30,726 nt of DNA from positions 1 through 30,726 of the IMG/VR virus record IMGVR_UViG_3300034053_000051; one strand, written 5' to 3'. A program made the position numbers and the translations under genes. Positions 1 to 8,400 of the stretch are shown here, one piece after another; the first letter of the stretch is position 1; each line of letters starts with the position of its first letter. The stretch is from a virus. Taxonomy: Duplodnaviria > Caudoviricetes. The notes beneath the pieces were generated by a model. That model made no database searches. It saw nothing but the letters and a program-made list of their open reading frames with translations, and was not told the origin of the DNA.

Positions 1-339
1 ACGCACACATGGAAGGCGCTGGACCTCGGTGGCGGGGCCTTCATGTACCAGGCCGATCTGGCAGGCGGGTGGGTGCTGAAGTTTCCGACGCCCGGCAATT
101 ACGAGATCCGAGGCAACCTCCAGGGCACGATTGTTCCGGTGGCAGGGGTCTACGTGGAGCGCCGCACCAGCGCCGCCTACATCACCACGTCCATCGGCGC
201 GACAGGGGTGACGCCAGACGATGTGTGGTCGCATCCGGGGCGCACGCTGACCGGCGTCACCGATGCCAACGTCCGCCAGGTCAACAGCGTGCCCATCACC
301 GGCGCTGGGGTGCCCGGCAACTCCATGAGGCCGGCATGA
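1..339 (+). CDS. Partial (5'-truncated) hypothetical protein, probably virion-associated
   Basis: Frame is open from base 1 to TGA 337-339. The stop overlaps the next ATG (ATGA). It lies upstream of the head genes. Confidence 0.6.
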   Translation, partial: THTWKALDLGGGAFMYQADLAGGWVLKFPTPGNYEIRGNLQGTIVPVAGVYVERRTSAAYITTSIGATGVTPDDVWSHPGRTLTGVTDANVRQVNSVPITGAGVPGNSMRPA

Positions 340-569
340 GCGGCTTTTGGTCCTCCGAGTTCTGGGCCGCGGGCTTCTGGTCGGCTGGCTTCTGGGAGGA
401 GCTGGCCGCCGAGCCCGCTGCCGACGACGACACCGCGGGTGCGCCGATCAATACCCGCCGCCGCATTGTCCGCCGCGAGCTTCTGCCACTGTCCTCACAT
501 TCAGCGCCGCAGCCCACCAAACGCGCCCGCCGCCGGCGCCAGGCCGACATCCTCTTGCTGGACCACTGA
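336..569 (+). CDS. Small hypothetical protein (77 aa) with N-terminal FWxxxFWxxxFWxxxFW repeats
   Basis: ATG 336 overlaps the upstream stop. Sequence begins MSGFWSSEFWAAGFWSAGFWEEL. Confidence 0.6.
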   Translation: MSGFWSSEFWAAGFWSAGFWEELAAEPAADDDTAGAPINTRRRIVRRELLPLSSHSAPQPTKRARRRRQADILLLDH

Positions 570-645
570 CCGAAACTCACTCGCCCCGCAAATCGTCCCA
601 TCTTTGCCTAGAAATGGGACAGGCGCGCCGACACCATCGCGCCAC

Positions 646-2718
646 ATGACGACCACAGCCCCTGCGACTCGCCATCACCCTGGCAAGCCTGGCCAGACAG
701 ACCAGGTGCACGACATGCCCGTGCAAACCCGTGTCGCGCATCTCGTCCCTACCACCTTCCGCGAGGCCGACAACAGTCTCGAAGTGGTGTGGACCACCGG
801 CAGCCGCCGCCGCGCGTATGACTGGTTCAACGACCAGGTGTACGAAGAAGAGCTCGAAGTCTCGCCCGCCGCCGTCGACATGGCGCGCTTTGACGCCGGC
901 ACCGTGCAGGTCATCGACTCGCACGACACCTACAGCGGCGTCAGCGCCATCCTGGGCATCGCAACCGAAGGCTGGATCGCCGGCGGCGAAGGCCGCGCCC
1001 GTGTCGCCTTCAGCACCGACCCCGCCAAGCAAGGCGTAGTGGGCGACATCAAGGCCGGAATCATCCGCGCCATGAGCTTCGGCTACTCGGTGCAGAAGTA
1101 CCAGGTTACGCGAGCGCAAGACCGCACCGACGGCGTCAACCTGCCGCTGTACCGCGCCGTGCGCTGGACGCCGATGGAGCTCACCTTCTGCGCCGTTGGC
1201 GCAGACCCCAACGCCGGCAGCCGTGCGGGCGAGCCTGCTCGAACCCGATCTCAACCCGCGCACGGGATGCCGTGTGAATTCGTCCGGGCGCACGCCCCAA
1301 CTGGACAGGAAACCACCACCATGACCGAAGCCGAACTCCAGGCCCAGCGCGAGCAGGAAATCGCCGCACAACGCGCCGCCAACGAAGCCGCGGCCCAAGC
1401 CGCAGCGGCTGCCGCCGTGCAGCGCTCGGCCGACATCACCGAGCTTTGCGCCCGCCACGGCGTGCCGCAACTCGCTGCCACCATGATCCGCGAGGGCAAA
1501 ACCGTCGATCAGGCGCGTGCCGCCGTGCTCGACGAAATTGCCCGCCGCGACGCCGCCGCCGGCGGCCACACCAACGTGCGCGGCATCCAGACCGTGCGCG
1601 ACGAAGTGCAGACCCGCATGGACGGCATCGGCGAGGCCATCCAGCACCGCGTGGACGCCAAGACCAAGCTCACCGACAACGGCCGCCAGTTCCGCGGCAT
1701 GAGCCTGATGGAGATCGGCCGCGACCACCTCGAGCGCGCCGGGGTCAACACCCGCGGCCTGTCGCGCATGGAGCTGGCTACCCAGATCCTGCACCATCGC
1801 TCCGGCGGCAGCATGGGCACCAGCGACTTTGCAAACCTGCTGGCCAACGTCGCCAACAAGCGCCTGCGCCAAGGCTACGAAGAGAACGCCCCCAGCTACG
1901 CCCGCTGGGCTCGCCGCGCGCCCAACGCGCCCGACTTCAAGACCATGACCGTGGTCAACCTGGCCGGCGCCCCTGATCTGCTGCGCACCAACGAGCACGG
2001 CGAGTTCAAGTATGGCGCCATGACCGACGGCAAGGAGACCTACTCCATGCTGACCTACGGCCGCATCGTCAGTTTCACCCGCCAGTCGCTCATCAATGAC
2101 GACCTGCGCGGGTTTGACCGCCTCGTCAGCGCTTTTGGCAACAGCGCCGCGCGGTTGGAAAACCGCACCGTATACGCCATCCTGACGGCCAATGCCAACC
2201 TGGCCGATGGCGGCGCGCTGTTCAACGCCACGGCTGTCACCACCGCCGGCGGGCACGCCAACCTCACGAGCTCGGGCACCGCCATCAGCGTCACCTCGCT
2301 GGGCGTGGGCCGCACCGCAATGCGGTTGCAAAAAGGGTTGCAGAGCGAAGAACTGAACCTCACCCCGTCGTTCCTGATCGTGCCGGCCACGCAAGAGAAC
2401 CTGGCCTACCAGTACACCAGTGCCAACTACGTGCCGGCGACCGCCGCCACCATCAACGAGTTCAGGGCCGGCGGCCGCACCGCGCTCGAGCCGATTGTCG
2501 AAGCCCTCCTCGACGCCAGCAGCACCACCGCCTGGTATTTGGCTGCCAGCACCGGCTCGGTGGACACCGTCGAGTACTGCTTCCTCGACGGCGCCGAGGG
2601 CCCTGTCATCGAAAGCGAAGTCGGCTTCGAGGTCGACGGCATCTCCTACAAGTGCCGCGAGGACTTTGCCGCCAAGGCCATTGACTTCCGCGGGCTCTAC
2701 AAGAACGTCGGCGCCTGA
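646..2718 (+). CDS. Prohead protease / major capsid protein fusion
   Basis: N-terminal prohead-protease-like motifs (VIDSH, MSFGY, WTPMELTFCAVGADP), an Ala/Gln-rich scaffold-like linker, then a Mu gpT-like capsid domain (TYGRIVSFTRQSLINDDL, C-terminal DFRGLYKN). ATG 646 chosen over the track's non-ATG start at 439. Confidence 0.9.
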   Translation: MTTTAPATRHHPGKPGQTDQVHDMPVQTRVAHLVPTTFREADNSLEVVWTTGSRRRAYDWFNDQVYEEELEVSPAAVDMARFDAGTVQVIDSHDTYSGVSAILGIATEGWIAGGEGRARVAFSTDPAKQGVVGDIKAGIIRAMSFGYSVQKYQVTRAQDRTDGVNLPLYRAVRWTPMELTFCAVGADPNAGSRAGEPARTRSQPAHGMPCEFVRAHAPTGQETTTMTEAELQAQREQEIAAQRAANEAAAQAAAAAAVQRSADITELCARHGVPQLAATMIREGKTVDQARAAVLDEIARRDAAAGGHTNVRGIQTVRDEVQTRMDGIGEAIQHRVDAKTKLTDNGRQFRGMSLMEIGRDHLERAGVNTRGLSRMELATQILHHRSGGSMGTSDFANLLANVANKRLRQGYEENAPSYARWARRAPNAPDFKTMTVVNLAGAPDLLRTNEHGEFKYGAMTDGKETYSMLTYGRIVSFTRQSLINDDLRGFDRLVSAFGNSAARLENRTVYAILTANANLADGGALFNATAVTTAGGHANLTSSGTAISVTSLGVGRTAMRLQKGLQSEELNLTPSFLIVPATQENLAYQYTSANYVPATAATINEFRAGGRTALEPIVEALLDASSTTAWYLAASTGSVDTVEYCFLDGAEGPVIESEVGFEVDGISYKCREDFAAKAIDFRGLYKNVGA

Positions 2719-2755
2719 TCGATCGACGGCCTGAACCACTGAAGGACCCCACACC

Positions 2756-3100
2756 ATGATCACTTTCGTCCAAGAAGGCGACGTTCTCGACCTCGACCCG
2801 GGCGCCACGGTGGCAACCGGCACCGGCTGCCTGTTTGGCGCTGCGCTGTTCGGTGTGGCCGCGGTGGATGCCGTCAGCGGCACCGCCAGTTCGTTTGTCG
2901 TTCGCGGCGTGGTCACCATTGCCAAGACCAGCGCGCTGGCCATCAGCGTGGGCGACCGCCTGTTCTGGGACGCCACGAACAAGGTCGTCAACAAGACCAG
3001 CACCGCGCAGCAGCAGGTCGGCATCGCCGTTGCGGCGGCTGACAACCCCTCATCGACCGTCAAGATGTTGCTGATGCCGGCCCTGCCGGTGGCGACCTGA
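2756..3100 (+). CDS. DUF2190-family capsid cement/decoration protein
   Basis: Starts MITFVQEGDVLDL and contains GVA, GDRLFWD and VGIAV motifs. It sits directly after the capsid gene with an AAGGA RBS. Confidence 0.8.
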   Translation: MITFVQEGDVLDLDPGATVATGTGCLFGAALFGVAAVDAVSGTASSFVVRGVVTIAKTSALAISVGDRLFWDATNKVVNKTSTAQQQVGIAVAAADNPSSTVKMLLMPALPVAT

Positions 3101-3125
3101 TCGACGGCCTGAGCGCACAGTCGCC

Positions 3126-3413
3126 ATGACCTTCGCCACAGCACTGGCCCGTGGAGATGTTGCGATCATGGCCCACATGGGCCTTGACGCCACGCTCGAC
3201 GGAGAGCCGGTGCGCGTGGTCTTCGACGCCCCGTTCGAACAGCAGCTTGCCCCTGGCATGCTGTCGGCTGTGCCGCAGGTGCAAATCGCTACTGCCAGCC
3301 TCCCGGCTGCGGTGGAGGGGCTTACGCTCGTGGCGCCGGCTGGTACCTACACCGTGCGAGAGCGGCTCGACGATGGCGCTGGCATGAGCTTGCTCATGCT
3401 CAGTGCGGCGTAA
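3126..3413 (+). CDS. Head-tail joining protein (FII-like)
   Basis: 95 aa beta-rich protein ending YTVRERLDDGAGMSLLML; position between head and tail genes. Confidence 0.65.
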   Translation: MTFATALARGDVAIMAHMGLDATLDGEPVRVVFDAPFEQQLAPGMLSAVPQVQIATASLPAAVEGLTLVAPAGTYTVRERLDDGAGMSLLMLSAA

Positions 3414-3423
3414 CTGCACGACC

Positions 3424-3867
3424 ATGAGTACCGCATTCCTGGCGATCACCGATGCCGTGCTGTCGTGCCTCCAAGCGGCGCCCGCACTTGCCGGTGGGCG
3501 CGTCACCCGGGGCCGGGCCACTGCCGTGTCGGCAACGTCGCAAACGGCAATTGCTGTCAACGCCGCGCGCTCGCGGGCTGAGCCGCTGTCAATGGATGGA
3601 AGCGCCCTTCAGTGGGAGACCACGGTCGTCGTCACCCTGTTCGGCCGTGCCGCGGCAGGCTCCGACGCTGAGGCAGCCATCGACCCTCTGCTCGTGTCCA
3701 CCTGGGACCGGCTGCAAAGCCTTACCGCGCCGCCTGGCGTGGTGGATGTCGCCCTCGACCCGTCCATCACCTGGGACGTCGACGAGGCCGACCAGACCGT
3801 TGTCACCGCCTCCCTGGCCCTCCGCATCACCCACATCACCACCGCGTCGGCGCTCGGCGCCGCATAG
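3424..3867 (+). CDS. Tail terminator / completion protein (putative)
   Basis: 147 aa, immediately upstream of the tail tube gene; assigned mainly from gene order. Confidence 0.55.
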   Translation: MSTAFLAITDAVLSCLQAAPALAGGRVTRGRATAVSATSQTAIAVNAARSRAEPLSMDGSALQWETTVVVTLFGRAAAGSDAEAAIDPLLVSTWDRLQSLTAPPGVVDVALDPSITWDVDEADQTVVTASLALRITHITTASALGAA

Positions 3868-3878
3868 GAGCAAACAGC

Positions 3879-4526
3879 ATGTCGTACTATTTCCCGGAAG
3901 GTTCTCGCGTCTACTACAGCTCGACCTTTGCTTCCGCCAAGACCGTCACCGCCGCCACCAATGCCAACCCCACGGTCTTGACCTCCACCGCGCACGGCTA
4001 TGTGGACGGCGACATCTTTTTGTTCTCCTCGGGCTGGGAGGATGCGAACGAGCGCGTGTTCAAGGCGGACCAGCAGTCGGCCGACACCTTCCAGGCGCTG
4101 GGCCTGAACACCACTTCGACAACCTACTTCCCGGCCGGCAGCGGCACGGGTACCACGAAGCTGGTGTCCAGCTGGGTGGAGATGCCGCAGGTGCTCAACC
4201 TCAACTTCACCGGTGGCGAGCCCAAGTTCGCCACCATCGAGCCCCTGGCCAGCCGCAACCCAATCAGCCAGTTCATCGGCTTCACCCCCGTCAACGGCAC
4301 GATCACCCTGGGCCACGACCCCAACAATGCCACCTACCAGGCCATGCTCGACTTGTCGCGCACCGCCACCTTCGTGGCGTTCAAGATCGTCGGCGGGAGC
4401 GGTGGCGTGTCCTACGGCTACGGCCAGATGGCCGTGGGCGAAATGTGGCGCATGCAGCGCGGCCAGGCCAACGCCGTGGACGTGGCCTTCAGCGGCATCC
4501 GCCCGCTGGTCCAGTACGCAAGCTGA
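3879..4526 (+). CDS. Major tail tube protein
   Basis: AGGAG RBS. Motifs TAATNANP, SSGWEDANERVF and FTGGEPKF typical of siphovirus tail tube proteins. Confidence 0.85.
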   Translation: MSYYFPEGSRVYYSSTFASAKTVTAATNANPTVLTSTAHGYVDGDIFLFSSGWEDANERVFKADQQSADTFQALGLNTTSTTYFPAGSGTGTTKLVSSWVEMPQVLNLNFTGGEPKFATIEPLASRNPISQFIGFTPVNGTITLGHDPNNATYQAMLDLSRTATFVAFKIVGGSGGVSYGYGQMAVGEMWRMQRGQANAVDVAFSGIRPLVQYAS

Positions 4527-4635
4527 CCCCAGTTTCGTGCGGCACCGGCGTTGCTGCCGGGCTGCGGTGCTTGCCCGAGCTGCAGCATGCCGCGCGAATT
4601 CACACGTCCCGGGCGCTCTCACACATCGGGCTGTC

Positions 4636-4977
4636 ATGACCATCCGCATCACCATCTCAGACCGCGCGCAGATCCGCGTGCGCGGCAGCAACGTCAACGA
4701 CGTCGGCGCCTCCGAGGCCTTCGACTTCCGCCTCACCGTCAAGCGTCTGGACGACGATACCCTCAAGTCCACCATGGTCGACCTGGCCGCCAACCACGGC
4801 CGTATCAACGACTTCCTGGCGGACGTCGTACTCGGCTGGCATGGCGTGCTCGACGATCAGGGCGACGAGGTTCCCTTCAGCGCCGGCGCCCTTGTGCAGC
4901 TGCTACGGCACACCGGCCTGCCGCTGCTCATCCTCAAGGCCTACAACAACGAAGTGCAGGCCAAGGAAAAAAACTAG
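4636..4977 (+). CDS. Tail assembly chaperone (gpG-like)
   Basis: 113 aa between tail tube and tape measure, with the GWHGVLDDQGDEVPFS motif. It ends ...EKN-stop at a slippery site. Confidence 0.8.
   Translation: MTIRITISDRAQIRVRGSNVNDVGASEAFDFRLTVKRLDDDTLKSTMVDLAANHGRINDFLADVVLGWHGVLDDQGDEVPFSAGALVQLLRHTGLPLLILKAYNNEVQAKEKN
4968..4974 (+). other. Programmed -1 frameshift heptamer A AAA AAC
   Basis: GAA AAA AAC TAG at the chaperone end; the -1 frame stays open to 5393. Confidence 0.8.
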
Positions 4978-5393
4978 CCGCGTTGGCCCGCCAGATCGCC
5001 GAGCACACCGCCAGCGATGCGCAACCACCACCGCTCACCGCTGATGCTGCTGACCAGCAGCCTGAGCGCGCTGTTACCGAGGCCTACCTCTGGCCTGAGA
5101 ATGAGAGCACCTGGCGGGCTTGGCAGGAGCTGCAAACCCAGTGGCGGGTGGGGATGGGTGGGGCCACGGGGCTCGATTACACCGCCGTGCGCGCCTACCT
5201 CGACGAGGCCGGCCTCCAAGGCCCCGCGCGCGCAGACGTCTGGACCGGTGTGCGTGCCGCCGAGCGCGAGACCCTGGCTGTGTGGGCCGAACAGCGCAAA
5301 CGCGATGCCCTGCGCCGTGAATTCGAGCAATCCCGCGGCCCCGGCAAGGGCAACGTCGCCGGCCCGCCGGGCTCCCCCAGCGCCCCGTACTGA
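4974..5393 (+). CDS. Frameshift extension of the tail chaperone (gpT-like, DUF1799-like)
   Basis: No convincing start of its own. It carries TQWRVGMGGATGLDYTAV, characteristic of DUF1799-type proteins. Confidence 0.75.
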   Translation, partial: LAALARQIAEHTASDAQPPPLTADAADQQPERAVTEAYLWPENESTWRAWQELQTQWRVGMGGATGLDYTAVRAYLDEAGLQGPARADVWTGVRAAERETLAVWAEQRKRDALRREFEQSRGPGKGNVAGPPGSPSAPY

Positions 5394-5408
5394 AAGGCAA
5401 GGCCCTCC

Positions 5409-8400
5409 ATGGCGGGCATGACAGAAATCGGCATCAAGCTGCGCCTGGACGGCGCCAGCCAGGTGCAAGCCGGCGCGACGCAGGCTGCCCAGGCCGTGCA
5501 GAGCCTGAGCAGCGGCACCAAGGCCTTTGGCCAGGGCGCGCAGCTCACCGGCCAGCAGACGGCGCAGATGAGCGCCCAGCTGCAGGACTTCTTTGTCCAG
5601 GTGCAGGCCGGCGGCAGCCCCATGACGGCCTTCCTGCAGCAGGGCTCGCAGATGTCCGCCATCTTCGGCGGCGCCGGCAATGCGCTGCGGGCGGTGACAT
5701 CCCTTGTCACGCCGGCGGTGGCGGGCATGGCCGTGTTGGGCGCCGGGGTGGGCGCGGTGGCCTACGCCTTTGCCAACGGTGACCGTGAGCGCATGGCCTT
5801 CCTGCGCGGCATCGTCACCACCGGCAACGCTGCGGGCGTCACTGCCAGCCAGCTCGGCGAGCTGTCCAAGGCCGCCAGCAGTTTTGGCGCCACGCGCGGG
5901 CAGGGCGCCGACGTGCTGGCGCAGCTCGTCTCCACCGGCAAGGTGGCCGCCAGCGTGCTGGGCAGTGCCACCGAGGCCGCCATCCGCCTTGAGCGCGAGG
6001 CCGGCGTGGCCATCAAGGACACCGTGGCCGCCTTCGCCGACATCGGCAAAGACCCGGTCGACGGCCTCAAGAAGCTCAACGAAGCACAGAACTTCCTTAC
6101 CGCCAGTACCTACAGGGAGATTGCGGCCCTGCAAGACCGGGGCAAGACCGCCGAAGCGGCGCGTGTGGCTCAGGAGGCCTACGCCGCCGCCAGCACCTCG
6201 AGCATGAAGACGCTCGAAAGCCAGCTGGGCGCCGTCGAGACCGCATGGCGCGCCATGGGCAAGGGTGCCAAGGCTGCATGGGACGCGATCCTCAACGTCG
6301 GCCGCCCTGCCACCCTGCAAGACCAACTCAACCAGGCCCTGGCGGCCGCCGCAGTCTTTGACGCACCGGGCCGCAAGAGCCAAGACCCCATCCGCGACGA
6401 GCAGCGCAAGGCCTCCGCCAAGCAGCGGGTGGACGATTTGCGCGCGCAGATCTACGCCGAGCAGGAACTCGCCCAGGCCATGGCCGACCAGGCCGAACAG
6501 GCCGCGAAGGCAATCAAGAAGATCGACGAGCAGCGCGACGCCCACAAGAAGGCCCAGGAAGAAGCCGCCAAGCTCGCCAAGGCCGGCGCCGAGCTGGCCC
6601 AGAGCCTGCTACTGGAAAGCGCCCAGCTCAACGACGACTTTTTGCAGAAGTGGAACAAGCTCAACGCCGCGCGTGCCGCCGGCAAGTTCGGTGTGGAACA
6701 GCTGATCAAAGTGCAGGGCCTGCTCTTGCAACAGCAGCCGTTCATCAAAGCCGCGCTGGAGCAAGAACTCAAGACCGCCCAGGCCGTGGCCACCGCGCGC
6801 GCGGCTGCCCGCGCCGCGGAGGACAAAAGCATTACCGACTACCTCCAGGCGCAGGAAGACGCGCGCCAGGCCGCGCTCAAGAGCGTGCAAGGCCGCGTGG
6901 CCGCGCTTGCCACTGAGCTCCAGGCCACTGAGCTCATGCACGGCACCAGCTTGTCGCTGGCCGAGGCCATCGAGTTGGTGGCCATCGCCCGGCTGCAAGA
7001 AGCGCGAGCCAAGCTGCTCGACGGATCCGACGCCGCCGCCGCGATCCAGAAGGAGATCGACGCCCGTCGAGAACTGCTGGGCTTGATGGCCACCAAGCGC
7101 ACCCAGGACGACGCAGCCCGCGCCGCCGACGCCGCCGCCAAGGACTGGCAGCGCACCACCGACAGCATCCGCGACGGCCTGACCGACGCATTTCGTCGCG
7201 CGTTTGAGTCGGGCGAAAACTTCGGCACCGCGTTCGCCAAGACCATCGGCAACGAGATCAAGGCGCGGGTGTCCACAGCCATTGCAGGCGCGCTGGCTGA
7301 CGGCGTGATGTCGCTGCTGGGGCTGACGGTGGCCAATGCAGCCGCCGCAAACGGCGGCGGCGGAAACAGCACGTTCGGCACCGCATCCAACCTGGCCAGC
7401 CTCTACAGCATGGGCAGCCGGGCCTACAGCGGCGCACAGTCCCTGTACGGCTGGGCCGCGGGCACCAGCGCCGCGCCTTGGGCGGCCACGGCCGGCACCG
7501 GCATGGTGGCGCAAACGGGCACCTACGGCACCATGCTCGGCTCGTCCACCGGCCTGGGCGCTGGCACGGGCATGGGCGGCACGGGTGCGGGCCTGTCCTA
7601 CAACGCGGGCAGCACCTGGTCAGGGGTCGTCGCCAATGAGGCTGCCACCACCTCAGCCACCACCACGGCCAGCACCTCGGGCGCCAGCTCGGCCGGCATT
7701 TCCGCGGTGTACGCGGCCATCGCCATCAAGTCCTACCAGCAGGCGCAAAAGGACTATGCCGAGGGCTTTCGCACCGCGCAGTCGCGCGACGCGATCGACC
7801 GCTACGGGCCCGGCATTTCGCCGGCCGGTGGTGCCGAGACCTACGTCGCAGACCTGTTCCGCCGCATGGGCATGTCAGATCGCTGGTCCGAAGTGCTCAG
7901 CGGCTCGAGCCAGATGGCTCGCATCTTCGGTCGCTCCGCACCGCAGATCCAGTCCACCGGCGTGGCCGGCACGCTGGCCAATGGCGGCTTCGAAGGCCAA
8001 GCCTTCACTGACGTGCGGGAAAAGGGCGGCTGGCTGCGCAGTGACAAGAACTGGACCGAGTTCGAGAAGGTGCCAGACGAACTGGGCCGCTTCCTGAGTG
8101 CCGCTTCGAAGTCGGTCTTTGATCAAGCCAAAACCTTTGGCGAGGCTCTAGGCCTGCCCGCGCAGGCGCTGGCTGGCGTGTCGACCGACATCAAAGTCAA
8201 GCTCACCGACGACGTCGAAGCCAACAAGGAAGAGCTGATCAAGGCACTCGGTGGCTACGGCGAGAAGCTGGTCGAATCGTGGGCCGCTGCCGTCAAGCCA
8301 TTGGCTGCCTACGGCGAAACCACCGTCCAGACCATCGAGCGCGTGGGCGGCGCCATCACTGGCGTCAACGAAGTGCTGGATGCCTTGGGCGTCAACGCGC

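Noticed and set aside
577-3144. Long antisense ORFs (855 aa here; also 4974-6545, 8148-10247, 26969-29509)
   Set aside because: They are shadows of GC-rich coding genes on the opposite strand, with no recognisable motifs.
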